From Anaerolineae bacterium (GTDB lineage Bacteria > Chloroflexota > Anaerolineae > Aggregatilineales > Phototrophicaceae): DNA of 64,000 bases. Positions 38,095 to 48,058 of the stretch are shown in pieces. The notes below the pieces were generated by a model. That model had not been told where the DNA came from. It saw nothing but the letters and a program-made list of their open reading frames with translations, and searched no databases. Each line of letters opens with the position of its first letter. Within the stretch, counting starts at the first letter, position 1. Both the position numbers and the translations under genes were made by a program. The stretch lies in assembly GCA_046328675.1 (NCBI GenBank), contig JAXLWC010000001.1, positions 1 through 64,000 on the forward strand, in the 5' to 3' direction.

Positions 38095-38915
38095 TGCGTA
38101 CACCGATATACCAAACTATCCTGATTTATGCTTTTTTCATCTTTCTGGCGTTATTGGTCGTGCTGCCGCTGGGGGCGGGGGCGATTACCGCGTTCAAGCC
38201 ACAGATCATCTGGGTTGCCAGCCCGCCTGTATGGAACTTTACGCCCACGCTGGAGAACTTTGAGTTCGTGCTGATTCAGCGCCAGAACCTGCTGCACCTG
38301 CGCAACAGCCTGATTGTCTCCACAGGCTCGGTGACTCTGGCGTTGCTTCTGGGCATTCCGGCGGCCTATGCGCTGGCACGGTTCCAGTTTCGCGGTTCCA
38401 AAGGACTGCTGCAATGGCTGATCTCGCTGCGCATGATCCCGCCGATTGTGGTTGGCCTGCCATTTTATGTGCTGTTCCAGACCTTTGACCTGCGCGATAA
38501 CCACATTGGCATGATGCTGGCCTACCTGACCTTCCTGATTCCGCTGGTGATCTGGATGATGCGCGGTTACTTCGTCGATATTCCCAGCGCGATGGAAGAA
38601 TGCGCGATGGTCGAAGGCTACAGCCGTTTAGAAGCCCTGCGCAAAGTGGTGCTGCCTGTGATTATGCCGGGCATCATCGCCACCGCCTTACTGAACTTCA
38701 TCTTCGCGTGGAACGAGTTTTTCCTCGCGCTGATTCTGGGCGGACGCAACACCAGCACGCTGCCCGTCGCGGCAGGCACGTATGTGGGCCGAGCGCGCGT
38801 CGAGTGGGGCAACCTGTTTGCCATCAACCTGATTATCATGACCCCTGTCGTCATCCTGACGATCATCCTGCGGCGGCAGCTTGCCAAAGGCTTATCAATG
38901 GGCCTGGTTGATTAG
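38094..38915 (+). CDS. Sugar ABC transporter permease (MalG/UgpE-like)
   Basis: EAA loop (MVEGYSRLEALRKVVLPV). Start overlaps the previous stop. Confidence 0.85.
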   Translation: MRTPIYQTILIYAFFIFLALLVVLPLGAGAITAFKPQIIWVASPPVWNFTPTLENFEFVLIQRQNLLHLRNSLIVSTGSVTLALLLGIPAAYALARFQFRGSKGLLQWLISLRMIPPIVVGLPFYVLFQTFDLRDNHIGMMLAYLTFLIPLVIWMMRGYFVDIPSAMEECAMVEGYSRLEALRKVVLPVIMPGIIATALLNFIFAWNEFFLALILGGRNTSTLPVAAGTYVGRARVEWGNLFAINLIIMTPVVILTIILRRQLAKGLSMGLVD

Positions 38916-38999
38916 GGAATACTACGTCGCACACACTGAGTTTTTCAATTGCCTGTTCTCGCCTGTTTATCAGGGCGCAGATGGTTTATGGAATAGATC

Positions 39000-40085
39000 A
39001 TGAAAGTTACTCTGAACGATCTTGTTAAAAAATTCCCGGCATCGGACGCCATCGCCGTCAATCACGTCAGTCTTGAAATCGAAGATGGCGAACTGGTGGT
39101 GTTCCTGGGGCCTTCCGGCTGTGGCAAGACCACGACGATGCGTATGATCGCCGGACTCGAACATCCCGACAGCGGCAACATCTTTATTGGCGCGCGTGAT
39201 GTGACCCTGCTTGCGCCCAAAGACCGCCGTGTAGCGATGGTCTTCCAGAACTTCAGCATGTACCCCAGCATGACCGTGTACGAAAACATCGCTTTCCCGC
39301 TGCAAGTCCTGAAGCTGAGCAAGCAGGATATTGAGCGACAGGTCACCGAAGCGGCGGCGCTGGTGGGCGTCGGGCATCTGCTCAAGCGCAGCGTGCGCCA
39401 GGTCAGCGGCGGTGAGGCGCAGCGTGTGGCGCTGGCACGCGCAATGGTGCGGCGTCCCGAAGTCTTCCTGATGGATGAACCGCTGAGCAGCCTTGATGCT
39501 AAACTGCGCGTCCAACTGCGCACGGAAATCAAGCGCCTGCATCAGGAAACGCACTCAACCATTGTTTTTGTGACGCACGATCAGGAAGAAGCGATGAGCC
39601 TGGGCGACAAAATTGTCGTGATGGATCGCGGGCAAATTCAGCAGGTGGGCACGCCGCAGGAAGTGTTCTTTAAACCGCGCAACACCTTTGTCGCCAACTT
39701 CGTCGGCACGCCCAGCATGAACCTGTTTGAGGGGCAAGTGCAGCGTAACGGCGCGGGACTGTGCGTAGACCTTGACGGCATGTCACAGCCGCTGCCCCCA
39801 CGCTTTGAAACAGGCGCGCAGGAGTCGCAGCAGGTGAAGTGGGGCGTGCGTCCTGAGGCCATTCGCCTGACGGATAACCCGCAGGCTGGGGATGTCGCCG
39901 GCAGCGTGGAACTGATTGAGCCGTTGGGCAGCCGTCAGGAAGTATTCGTGCGCGCGGGTGGCAAGCTGTTTTCGGTCATCCTTGACGGACTGCATCCGGT
40001 GCGCGTGGGCGATAGCTGCCATCTGCACTTTGAACCGCACAGCGTGCATCTGTTTGACGCGCAAAGCGGCCTATCACTGGCGTAA
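39000..40085 (+). CDS. Sugar ABC transporter ATP-binding protein (MalK/UgpC-like, with C-terminal TOBE domain)
   Basis: Walker A GPSGCGKTT, signature VSGGEAQR, Walker B FLMDEPLSSLD, plus a C-terminal regulatory domain. Confidence 0.9.
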   Translation: MKVTLNDLVKKFPASDAIAVNHVSLEIEDGELVVFLGPSGCGKTTTMRMIAGLEHPDSGNIFIGARDVTLLAPKDRRVAMVFQNFSMYPSMTVYENIAFPLQVLKLSKQDIERQVTEAAALVGVGHLLKRSVRQVSGGEAQRVALARAMVRRPEVFLMDEPLSSLDAKLRVQLRTEIKRLHQETHSTIVFVTHDQEEAMSLGDKIVVMDRGQIQQVGTPQEVFFKPRNTFVANFVGTPSMNLFEGQVQRNGAGLCVDLDGMSQPLPPRFETGAQESQQVKWGVRPEAIRLTDNPQAGDVAGSVELIEPLGSRQEVFVRAGGKLFSVILDGLHPVRVGDSCHLHFEPHSVHLFDAQSGLSLA

Positions 40086-40096
40086 AGGCGGTAACT

Positions 40097-40891
40097 GTGG
40101 ATAGCGGACTACGTGGCAAAACAGCACTTATCACAGGCGGCGGCAGTGGGATTGGGCGCGCGATAACGCTGGCACTGGCACAGGAAGGTGTCGATATCGC
40201 CATCGCCAGCCAGCACGCCGAAGAAGACGAAGCCCTGCGCGAGATCAGCGCGTTGGGGGTGCGTGCGCTGCATATCCCAACGGATGTCAGCGATGAACAG
40301 CAGGTGATACGCATGGTCGAGCAGGCGATAGCGCAGCTTGGGCATATCGACCTGTACATCAATAACGCGGCGACGACACGCCACCAACCGATTACGCAGA
40401 TGACCACCGAGGCGTGGCTGACAACGCTGCACACCAATCTGTCAGCGTGTATGTGGGCCTGCCGCGAGATTTGCAAGCACATGATTGCGCGCGGCGAAGG
40501 CAGCATCCTGATTATCGGCTCGACGGCGCAGTACACACAGGCCTACCGCGAGGCCGCGTATCACATTTCCAAGACGGGCTTACGCGTCTTCAAGAATACG
40601 CTGGCGCTGGAGATGGCACCGTTTGGCATCCGCGTGAATTTACTGGTGCCGGGACACTACCCGACGCCGCTGACCGCCAGCGCCTCGGACGCTGTGGTTG
40701 CCACCATGAAAACGCAGATTCCACTGCGGCGTTTGGGGCGTACCGAAGAACTTGCCCCGGCGGCGCTGCTGCTGCTTTCCGACAAGTTGAGTCCTTACAC
40801 GACGGGCGCAGAACTGACGGTTGACGGTGGTCTGCACCTGCGCCCCCTTCCTCTAGATAGTGACGATGACATCAAGGCGATGAACCAATGA
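40097..40891 (+). CDS. SDR-family oxidoreductase
   Basis: GTG start. TGGGSGIGRA cofactor motif and YxxxK catalytic pair (YHISK). Confidence 0.85.
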   Translation: MDSGLRGKTALITGGGSGIGRAITLALAQEGVDIAIASQHAEEDEALREISALGVRALHIPTDVSDEQQVIRMVEQAIAQLGHIDLYINNAATTRHQPITQMTTEAWLTTLHTNLSACMWACREICKHMIARGEGSILIIGSTAQYTQAYREAAYHISKTGLRVFKNTLALEMAPFGIRVNLLVPGHYPTPLTASASDAVVATMKTQIPLRRLGRTEELAPAALLLLSDKLSPYTTGAELTVDGGLHLRPLPLDSDDDIKAMNQ

Positions 40892-41865
40892 CTCACTCAC
40901 AAGAACTGATCGAGAAAAATGCGCTCGTGCAGCACTTTGACGAACATGGTTTTGTTGTCGTGGAAAACGTATTCGACGCGGAACTTGATTTTCAACCGCT
41001 GATCGATGACTATGCTGAGTTACTCAACAGCCTTGCGGAGCAGTGGTTGCAGCAGGGAAAACTGAGTGCGACTTATCGCGAACTGCCGTTTGCGCAGCAG
41101 TTTGCGCAGATTGTTCGCGAACTCAAAGACCCCTGGTATCAGCACTTCGATTTTTCCCTGCCGCAGGAAAAAATCACGCCGCAAACCCCCATTCACCTGA
41201 GCGCACCGATTTTTAAGCTGATGACTCACCCGAAGTTACTGGATGTCGTGGAATTATTCGTCGGCAGCGAAATTCTGGTGAATCCGGTGCATCATGTGCG
41301 CATTAAGCCACCGGAAGGGTTAATTACCCACCGCGAAACTGCAAGCACACTGACGCTGAAAACCGAATGGCATCAGGATCAAGGGGTGGTACTGCCCGAA
41401 GCCGACGAGACCACAATCCTCACGGTGTGGCTGCCGCTGGTCGATACGACGATAGAGAACGGCTGCCTTTGTGTGATCCCCGGCACGCACAAAGGCGAAC
41501 TTGTCACCCACTGTCCCGGCATTCAAACCCATATTCCCGAAAAACTGCTGCCGGGTCAGCCGATTGCGCTGCCAATCAAGAAAGGCAGTGTGCTGCTGAT
41601 GCACCGCCGCACCATTCATTCGTCACTCACCAATCACAGCACAGGGATTCGCTGGAGTTTTGATCTGCGCTATCAGCCGCTTCACCAACCAACGGGGCGT
41701 CCTGATTTCCCGGCGTTTATCGCCCGCAGCCAGCAGCACCCCGAAAAGGTGATGACGGACTACCGCCTGTGGCAGCAGCTATGGCTCGACACACGCGAAC
41801 GCCTCGCCGAACGTGACAAGCCCAAATTTCAACGCTGGAACAGCGACGCGCCAGCCTGTGCCTGA
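40888..41865 (+). CDS. Phytanoyl-CoA dioxygenase (PhyH) family Fe(II)/2-oxoglutarate-dependent oxygenase
   Basis: WHQDQ...D and ...H iron-binding pattern (WHQDQGVV; IPGTHKG), and PhyH-family homology. ATGA overlap with the SDR gene. Confidence 0.75.
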   Translation: MTHSQELIEKNALVQHFDEHGFVVVENVFDAELDFQPLIDDYAELLNSLAEQWLQQGKLSATYRELPFAQQFAQIVRELKDPWYQHFDFSLPQEKITPQTPIHLSAPIFKLMTHPKLLDVVELFVGSEILVNPVHHVRIKPPEGLITHRETASTLTLKTEWHQDQGVVLPEADETTILTVWLPLVDTTIENGCLCVIPGTHKGELVTHCPGIQTHIPEKLLPGQPIALPIKKGSVLLMHRRTIHSSLTNHSTGIRWSFDLRYQPLHQPTGRPDFPAFIARSQQHPEKVMTDYRLWQQLWLDTRERLAERDKPKFQRWNSDAPACA

Positions 41866-41880
41866 GCGTGAAGGGAAGCC

Positions 41881-43006
41881 GATGCTTACACGAGAAGGGT
41901 GCTTACAGCGTCAGGCGCGTTTTAAACAACGCCTGGCCGAACTGAAGATTGAAGCGACGGTCATCAGTGATGCGCGCGACATTTACTATTTCACGGGGAT
42001 GCTGTTAACGCCCTATCTCTTTTCCATACCCTGTTGTTTGTGGCTCGATACGCAGGGTAACGACTGGCTGATTGCGCCAATGGTCGATCAGCAGGTCTAC
42101 ATCGCGCAGTTTGTGCCCTACGATACGCACGTCGTGGGGACGGTGACGCCGCTTCAGGTGGAAACACTGTGCGCTCAGGTCGAGAAGTGCCTGCCCATGC
42201 GGCACATTGCGCACCTCGGTTATCAGCAGGAGACGCTGCCACAGGCGCTCATGCAGGTGGTTACAACCCGGACGCACCCTGACCGCTGTACAGCGATTGA
42301 CGGCGTGTTGGCATCGCTGCAAGCGTGCAAGGATGAAGACGAAATTGAACTGCTGCGCCGCGCTATTCAGATTAACCTCGCGGCGTATACGGCGGTTCAG
42401 GCGGCCATTGTGCCGGGGGTGACAGAGTTGGAAGTGCTGGCGGCTGGGCAGCGCGGCGCACTGCTGGAAGCGGGCGAGTGGGTTTACCACAATGGGGATT
42501 ACCGCTGCGGCACGGTTAACGGCACAGCGCGCGCCAGACCGATTGAGGAAGGCAGCCTGTATATTGTTGACGCGTGGACGTGCTATCGCGGCTACTGGGC
42601 AGACCTATCCCGTACCTTTGTCGTCGGACAGAAAATATCCTCCCTGCAACAGGAATTGTTCGACCACATGGCATGGGTACAGGAACAGGGCGCGGCCTAC
42701 CTGAAGGCGGGCACAGATGGACGCGAGATATGGGCGATGCTGGATCGCCTGACACGCCAGCACCCGCTGCTGGCAGACAGCGGCCTGACCCATCACGGCG
42801 GACACGGCATTGGACTGCGCGTCCATGAGATGCCCGACATTAACCGAACGCGCGGCGGGCGGCTTGAGGTGGGAAATGTGATCTGTATCGAGCCGGGTGG
42901 TTACACCGCTGACGCCCGGTTGGGGGTACGGATTGAGAATATGTATCTGATTACCGCCGGGGGCGCAAATAACCTGTCGCCATATCCGGTACGCTTAGCT
43001 TCTTAA
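41881..43006 (+). CDS. M24-family metallopeptidase-fold hydrolase (Xaa-Pro dipeptidase / creatinase / ectoine-hydrolase type)
   Basis: Creatinase N-domain followed by a pita-bread domain with HHGGHGIGLRVHE and EPGGY metal ligands. Start chosen at 41881 (MLTREG...). Confidence 0.8.
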
Positions 43007-43030
43007 CAGATTTTACATTGAAGGCAGATT

Positions 43031-43825
43031 ATGAACCCGATTGAACTGAAACAGAAATGGCAGCGCGGCGAAGTCAGCCCCGGCATGTGGCTGCGCCTCA
43101 CTGACCCCAGCGTTTGTGAGATGGTGAGCAGTATTGATTTTGACTGGGTGCTGTTTGACGGTGAACATGTGGCGTTCGATATGCAAACGCTGCAAATCCT
43201 GTTGATGGCGCTCAAGACATCGCCAGCGGTGCCGCTGCTGCGTGTCCCCGGCAATGACCCAATTTTCATTAAGCGTATCCTGGACATCGGCATGGCAGGC
43301 ATCCTGGTACCGCATGTTCGCACCGAAGAAGATGTACGCGCGGCGGTAGCGGCCTGCAAGTATCCGCCGCTGGGAATTCGCGGCACAGGCCCGCGCCGTC
43401 CCAGCCGTTACGGCGATCTGGAACGCGAATATCTGGCAACGGCCAACGACCAGACCATCGTCACGGTGATGATCGAAACGATTGAAGCGGTCAATAATAT
43501 CGACAAGATACTGGCGGTTCCCGGTCTGGATGGCTTCTTCATCGGCAAAGTAGACCTGTCCGCGAGTATGGGCCTGCTGCCAAACTTCGATGACCCACGC
43601 GTGACGCAGGCGGTAGACACGGTGCTGACGAAGGCGAAAGCCACCAAAGTCGCGCGCGGTTCCGGGCGTGCGCCGGAGTCTGGTGCCGATGTGGCGGCCA
43701 GCGTGCGCAGCTTCTTTAGCGAGGGCTACAACGTGATTCCCGTCGGCGCGGACGAGTCCTTTGTGAAGGATGGGGCGCGCGCAGCCCTGCACGCCTTCCG
43801 CCGTGCCGCAGAAGGGAATGCCTGA
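43031..43825 (+). CDS. HpcH/HpaI-family 2-keto-3-deoxy-acid aldolase
   Basis: Family homology throughout (WLRLTDPSVCEMVSSIDFDWVLFDGEH...GILVPHV...GIRG). Confidence 0.85.
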   Translation: MNPIELKQKWQRGEVSPGMWLRLTDPSVCEMVSSIDFDWVLFDGEHVAFDMQTLQILLMALKTSPAVPLLRVPGNDPIFIKRILDIGMAGILVPHVRTEEDVRAAVAACKYPPLGIRGTGPRRPSRYGDLEREYLATANDQTIVTVMIETIEAVNNIDKILAVPGLDGFFIGKVDLSASMGLLPNFDDPRVTQAVDTVLTKAKATKVARGSGRAPESGADVAASVRSFFSEGYNVIPVGADESFVKDGARAALHAFRRAAEGNA

Positions 43826-43828
43826 GCG

Positions 43829-44872
43829 ATGCCAGTCTTGAGCGCTGACCAGCTTGTTGCTATTGGCACTACCTTGTTTGATGCCGTCGGTTCTCCGCAT
43901 GAGGAATCGCAGTGGGTCGCGGAAACGCTGGTACGTGCCAGCCTCATGGGGCACGACTCGCACGGCATTGTGCGTTTCACGCAGTACGCCAATCAGGTGC
44001 GCCTGCGTGAAGTATATCCCGGCGCGGCAGTCACTGTGGAACGCGAAACGGCGACGACGGCAGTGATTAACGCTAACCTGACATGGGGACAGGTCGCCGC
44101 GCGGCAGGCGGTGCTGATGGCCATCGAAAAAGCGTCACAGCACATGCTGGGGATTGTCGCCGTCAAAAATTGCCCGCACGTCGGCAGACTGGGCGAATAC
44201 GTGGAAATGGCGGCGGCGCGTGACATGATCGGTTTGGCGGTGGTCAATTCGCACGGCGGCGGCGGAGTCGTCGCCCCCTGGGGTGGCATTGATGGTCGCT
44301 TCACACCCAACCCGATGGCCTTCGCCGCGCCAAGTGGTCTGGACTTTCCCGTATTGATGGACATCACCATGTCCAGCGTGCCAGAGGGCAAGGTACGAGT
44401 CGCGCGGCATCGCGGCGAAAGCCTGCCGCCGGACTGCCTGCTGGATGCTAACGGCAACCCCACCAATGACCCCAACGTATTTTACGGCCCGCCCATTGGC
44501 TCCATTCTGCCGCTGGGAGGCGTGATGGGACATAAGGGTTACGCGCTGACGGTGATGACCGAAGTGCTGGCGGGCGCGCTTTCTGAGGCGGGCACCAGCA
44601 GCGAAAAGACGCCCACGAAGGGCAACGGACTGTACTTCCAGGCGATAAACATCAGCGCATTTACAACTCTCGAAGAATTCACCGCCCGCATTCGCGAGAT
44701 GGCGGCCAACGTCAAAACATCTCGGCTTAGACCAGGCGTGCAGGAAATCCTGCTCCCCGGCGAACCAGAGTACCGCACCGCGCAGCGCCGCCAGCAGGAT
44801 GGCATCGTGGTTGAGGACAGCATGTGGGCGGAGATTCAAACGCTGGCGGGTGAGCTTGGCGTACATGTGTAG
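43829..44872 (+). CDS. Ldh_2 family (malate/L-lactate dehydrogenase type 2) oxidoreductase: ureidoglycolate / sulfolactate / pyrroline-2-carboxylate reductase-like
   Basis: Ldh_2 signatures (GHDSHGI, SHGGGG...G.DGRF.PNP). Confidence 0.8.
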   Translation: MPVLSADQLVAIGTTLFDAVGSPHEESQWVAETLVRASLMGHDSHGIVRFTQYANQVRLREVYPGAAVTVERETATTAVINANLTWGQVAARQAVLMAIEKASQHMLGIVAVKNCPHVGRLGEYVEMAAARDMIGLAVVNSHGGGGVVAPWGGIDGRFTPNPMAFAAPSGLDFPVLMDITMSSVPEGKVRVARHRGESLPPDCLLDANGNPTNDPNVFYGPPIGSILPLGGVMGHKGYALTVMTEVLAGALSEAGTSSEKTPTKGNGLYFQAINISAFTTLEEFTARIREMAANVKTSRLRPGVQEILLPGEPEYRTAQRRQQDGIVVEDSMWAEIQTLAGELGVHV

Positions 44873-44915
44873 GGCACGGCGAAATCGGTCTTTGTATCTG
44901 TCTACGAAAGGTTGA

Positions 44916-45737
44916 ATGATGAACCTGCGCGGAAATTCCATCACCTTCCACGCCTATCCAGTTGAAGAAGCCTGTCAGCGTATCGCAGCGGCGGGCTGTA
45001 ACGGCGTCGAGATGTGGAAAGAGCACCTGACGGGCTTCAAGACGCCGACGCTGCTGCGCCATTTCCGCGAGTTCGCCGCAGAGTTGGGACTCGAAGTGTG
45101 GGGGCTGAACGTCGTCGGCGCGGACTACTTTCAACCATTTGGCGCGGCAGCCGCTTACAACAGCACGCTGGCCGGACTCAAAGCAGACGTAGACTACGCG
45201 CTGGAACTCGGCGTGACGCAGGTGATGGTATGGGAAGGCACGCATCCCGCTGTCAAAATCTCACAGCACGAAATGCTGGACACGCTCGTCAGCCTGTTTG
45301 AGGAAGCGATTGCTTACGGCAAGCCCAACGGCGTGCGCTTCCTTGCGGAGCCGCATCCCTTCACGCTGGGCATGGATTTGGACTTCATGAAGCAGCTTTG
45401 TGATCGGCTGGGGCGGCAGCACTTCGGCATTCTGTTCGACTTCTGTCACTTCGGCGTGGGTAAACCGCACAGCTACGTGGAAGCCATTCATACGCTCGCT
45501 GATCGTATCCAGCATCTGCACTATTCCGACAGCGACCAGCGCACATCGGAACTGCACTTCGCGCCCGGCAAAGGGCAGCTTGACCTTGACGCGATGGATG
45601 CGGCGCTAAAAGCTGTCGGTTTCAAAGGCACGTCCACGCTGGACATGTACGGCTATCCACTGCCGGAGATGGGCTACAAGTGGGGCTTGCCACGCTATCA
45701 ACGCGCTCTGGAAACGCTGGGAATTGAGGGGGCCTAA
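44916..45737 (+). CDS. Xylose-isomerase-like TIM-barrel protein (sugar phosphate isomerase/epimerase family)
   Basis: 273 aa, AP-endonuclease-2/xylose-isomerase-like TIM fold pattern with conserved E/H/D metal ligands (VEMWKEH..., HYSDSD). Confidence 0.7.
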   Translation: MMNLRGNSITFHAYPVEEACQRIAAAGCNGVEMWKEHLTGFKTPTLLRHFREFAAELGLEVWGLNVVGADYFQPFGAAAAYNSTLAGLKADVDYALELGVTQVMVWEGTHPAVKISQHEMLDTLVSLFEEAIAYGKPNGVRFLAEPHPFTLGMDLDFMKQLCDRLGRQHFGILFDFCHFGVGKPHSYVEAIHTLADRIQHLHYSDSDQRTSELHFAPGKGQLDLDAMDAALKAVGFKGTSTLDMYGYPLPEMGYKWGLPRYQRALETLGIEGA

Positions 45738-45739
45738 CC

Positions 45740-46762
45740 ATGAAAGCTGCTGTGCTGCGCGCCTTCGGGCAGCCTTTGACAATGGAAGACAGGGCAGCGC
45801 CTGAACCTGCCGCCGACGAGGTGATTATCCAGACAAAAGCCTGTGGCATTGACGGGACGGATTTGAAACTGGTGGACGGTTTCGGTTACACGCCGCAGCT
45901 TCCCTTCGTCATGGGGCACGAAATCGCGGGCGTGGTGCATCAGCCGGGCAAGGATGTCACCGATTTTCAAGTGGGCGAACGCGTCATCGTTTACAACTTC
46001 CTCATCTGCGGCAAATGCCCATACTGTCTCACGCACCGCGAACAGTTGTGTGTCAATATGCGCGGGGTGATGGGCGTGCTGGTGGCGCACGGCGGTTTTG
46101 GCGAGTATGTCAAAGTACCCGCGCGCCAACTGGTACGCCTGCCCGATAACGTCTCGTGGGAAGACGGCGCGATTTGCTGCGACGCAGGCCTTACGGCGCT
46201 GCATGGGCTGGAACGCGCGCACGTCGGGTTGGGAGACACGGTCTTGATTATCGGTGTGGGCGGCGTTGGCTCGGTGCTGACACAGCTTGCCCAGCAGGCA
46301 GGCGCGCATGTGATCGCCGCAGACGCTAACCCGCAGAAAGCTTCATGGGCCGAGGAAAACGGCGCGCACCATTTTTTGAACTCAGATGACAGGCTGCCGC
46401 AGGCTGTGCGTGATCTGACCAAGGGCATGGGAGCCGACTGCGTGTTGGATGTGGTGGGCAAAGAAGGCACCATGAGCGCGGGACTCAACAGCTTACGGCG
46501 CGGTGGACGCATGGTCATCATTGGTTACACGCCCGACGCGCTGCCCCTCCCTGGCAAACAGCTTGCCCAGAACGAACTGGAAGTGATCGGCACACGCGCT
46601 GGCAGGCGGCAGGACTTAGCAAACTGCGTGCGGCTGGTGGCGGAAGGCCGAATAAAACCCATCGTGCGTTATCGGTATCCGATAGCGCAGGTGAACGAAG
46701 CGCTCAGCCTGCTGCGTTCCGGCACAGCGCTGGGACGCATCGTCTTGCAATACAGCACATAA
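45740..46762 (+). CDS. Zinc-dependent alcohol dehydrogenase (MDR superfamily)
   Basis: GHEIAGVV catalytic-zinc motif, structural-zinc Cys cluster (CGKCPYCLTHREQLC), and GVGGVG NAD motif. Confidence 0.85.
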   Translation: MKAAVLRAFGQPLTMEDRAAPEPAADEVIIQTKACGIDGTDLKLVDGFGYTPQLPFVMGHEIAGVVHQPGKDVTDFQVGERVIVYNFLICGKCPYCLTHREQLCVNMRGVMGVLVAHGGFGEYVKVPARQLVRLPDNVSWEDGAICCDAGLTALHGLERAHVGLGDTVLIIGVGGVGSVLTQLAQQAGAHVIAADANPQKASWAEENGAHHFLNSDDRLPQAVRDLTKGMGADCVLDVVGKEGTMSAGLNSLRRGGRMVIIGYTPDALPLPGKQLAQNELEVIGTRAGRRQDLANCVRLVAEGRIKPIVRYRYPIAQVNEALSLLRSGTALGRIVLQYST

Positions 46763-46795
46763 ACGGATTGCGGATTTGTTTAAAAGGACAATCGA

Positions 46796-47707
46796 ATGAA
46801 CAAACTGATTATCACTGTGACCTGTGACACCACGTTGACCTACCCCCACAACCCGAACGGTCCGAAGCCGGACAATCCAACGGGCGTGGCTGATGAGTAT
46901 GTGCGTGCTATCAATGCTGGCGCTTCTATCTGCCACATGCACGGTTCATATACCAGCGATCCGGTGATCCAACCTGATGGACGGCAACTGCAAATTCCCA
47001 TTATGGACGGCTGGCGTGAAATCACGGAGCGCATTCGCGGCACAGGCAAAGCGATTGTCCAATTTGGTCTGGCAAGCATCCGGCTGGAACAGAAGATTGA
47101 GTTGTGGCGCACGCTGAAGCCGGATATGAGTTCGATCAATTTCGACTCGCACGATGAATATTTCCAGCCGGATTTACGTTTTCCGCCAGCGGGGTACTGC
47201 TACTCGATTCATCCGATTTCCGAACTGCGCGAGTATTCGCGGCTGGCCAATGAACACAACGTCAAACTCGAAATTGAATGTTTCAGCACCGGGGCCTACT
47301 GGGCAATCCAGAAGATGCGCGCGGGTGAATTCTGGGAAAAAGGGCAGCGCGTGGATGAACCCGGCCTGCTGCGTGACCCGCTGTGGCTGACGATCTTTCT
47401 CGGCTGGCCGGGGCAAAGCTGGATGCCGCCGACGGCCAAAGGGCTGCAATTTATGGTTGACCACCTGCCCGACAACGCCAACTGGAGCATGAGCTGCATG
47501 ACACCCGATGTCTACTGGTCGGTCCTCGCGCACGCGATTGCTATCGGCGGGCATGTGCGCGTTGGCATGGAAGACTGCCCGTACATCGAGCCGGGCGTAT
47601 ATGCCAAGAGCAACGCCGAACTGGTGGAACGCGTGGTGCGCATCGCCCGTGATATTGGGCGCGAAATCGCATCGCCGGAAGAAGCGCGGCAGCTCAGCGG
47701 GCTGTAA
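46796..47707 (+). CDS. BKACE (beta-keto acid cleavage enzyme, DUF849 / 3-keto-5-aminohexanoate cleavage enzyme family)
   Basis: Family homology from the N-terminus (LIITVTCDTTLTYPHNPN...). Zinc-ligand histidines in HMHG. Confidence 0.8.
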   Translation: MNKLIITVTCDTTLTYPHNPNGPKPDNPTGVADEYVRAINAGASICHMHGSYTSDPVIQPDGRQLQIPIMDGWREITERIRGTGKAIVQFGLASIRLEQKIELWRTLKPDMSSINFDSHDEYFQPDLRFPPAGYCYSIHPISELREYSRLANEHNVKLEIECFSTGAYWAIQKMRAGEFWEKGQRVDEPGLLRDPLWLTIFLGWPGQSWMPPTAKGLQFMVDHLPDNANWSMSCMTPDVYWSVLAHAIAIGGHVRVGMEDCPYIEPGVYAKSNAELVERVVRIARDIGREIASPEEARQLSGL

Positions 47708-47730
47708 ATAACCATTTATCAGTGTTAGGC

Positions 47731-47768
47731 AAAAGCGGGGGCGTAGTTCATTACGCCTCCGCTTTTTT
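47731..47768 (+). terminator. Rho-independent terminator closing the 13-gene plus-strand operon
   Basis: AAAAGCGGGGGCGTA-gttca-TTACGCCTCCGCTTTTTTG, a GC-rich hairpin plus a T-run. Confidence 0.65.
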
Positions 47769-48058
47769 GTTTACCTTCCAATAAGGCTGACACACGCGCG
47801 CCTTCCACAGCCATCCTCATTGACGCCTGTTCGCCCGTTTTCGCACGGTCAACTCGTCAGAGTTTTTTGCTTCATTCGCTATGAATGGTATAGTTCGTTA
47901 AATGATTGCAGAGGGCCAGGCCGCACTCAGGCGATAATAGGTTTATCGTATCCTCAGTGAAGCCATACTATCCAGCACAGGTGTATACCTTTGCCCTGAT
48001 TCGGAAAGTTATTCCTTTACGACCTCTTTCCGAGTGATTCTGAAAGAAAACTGAACCG

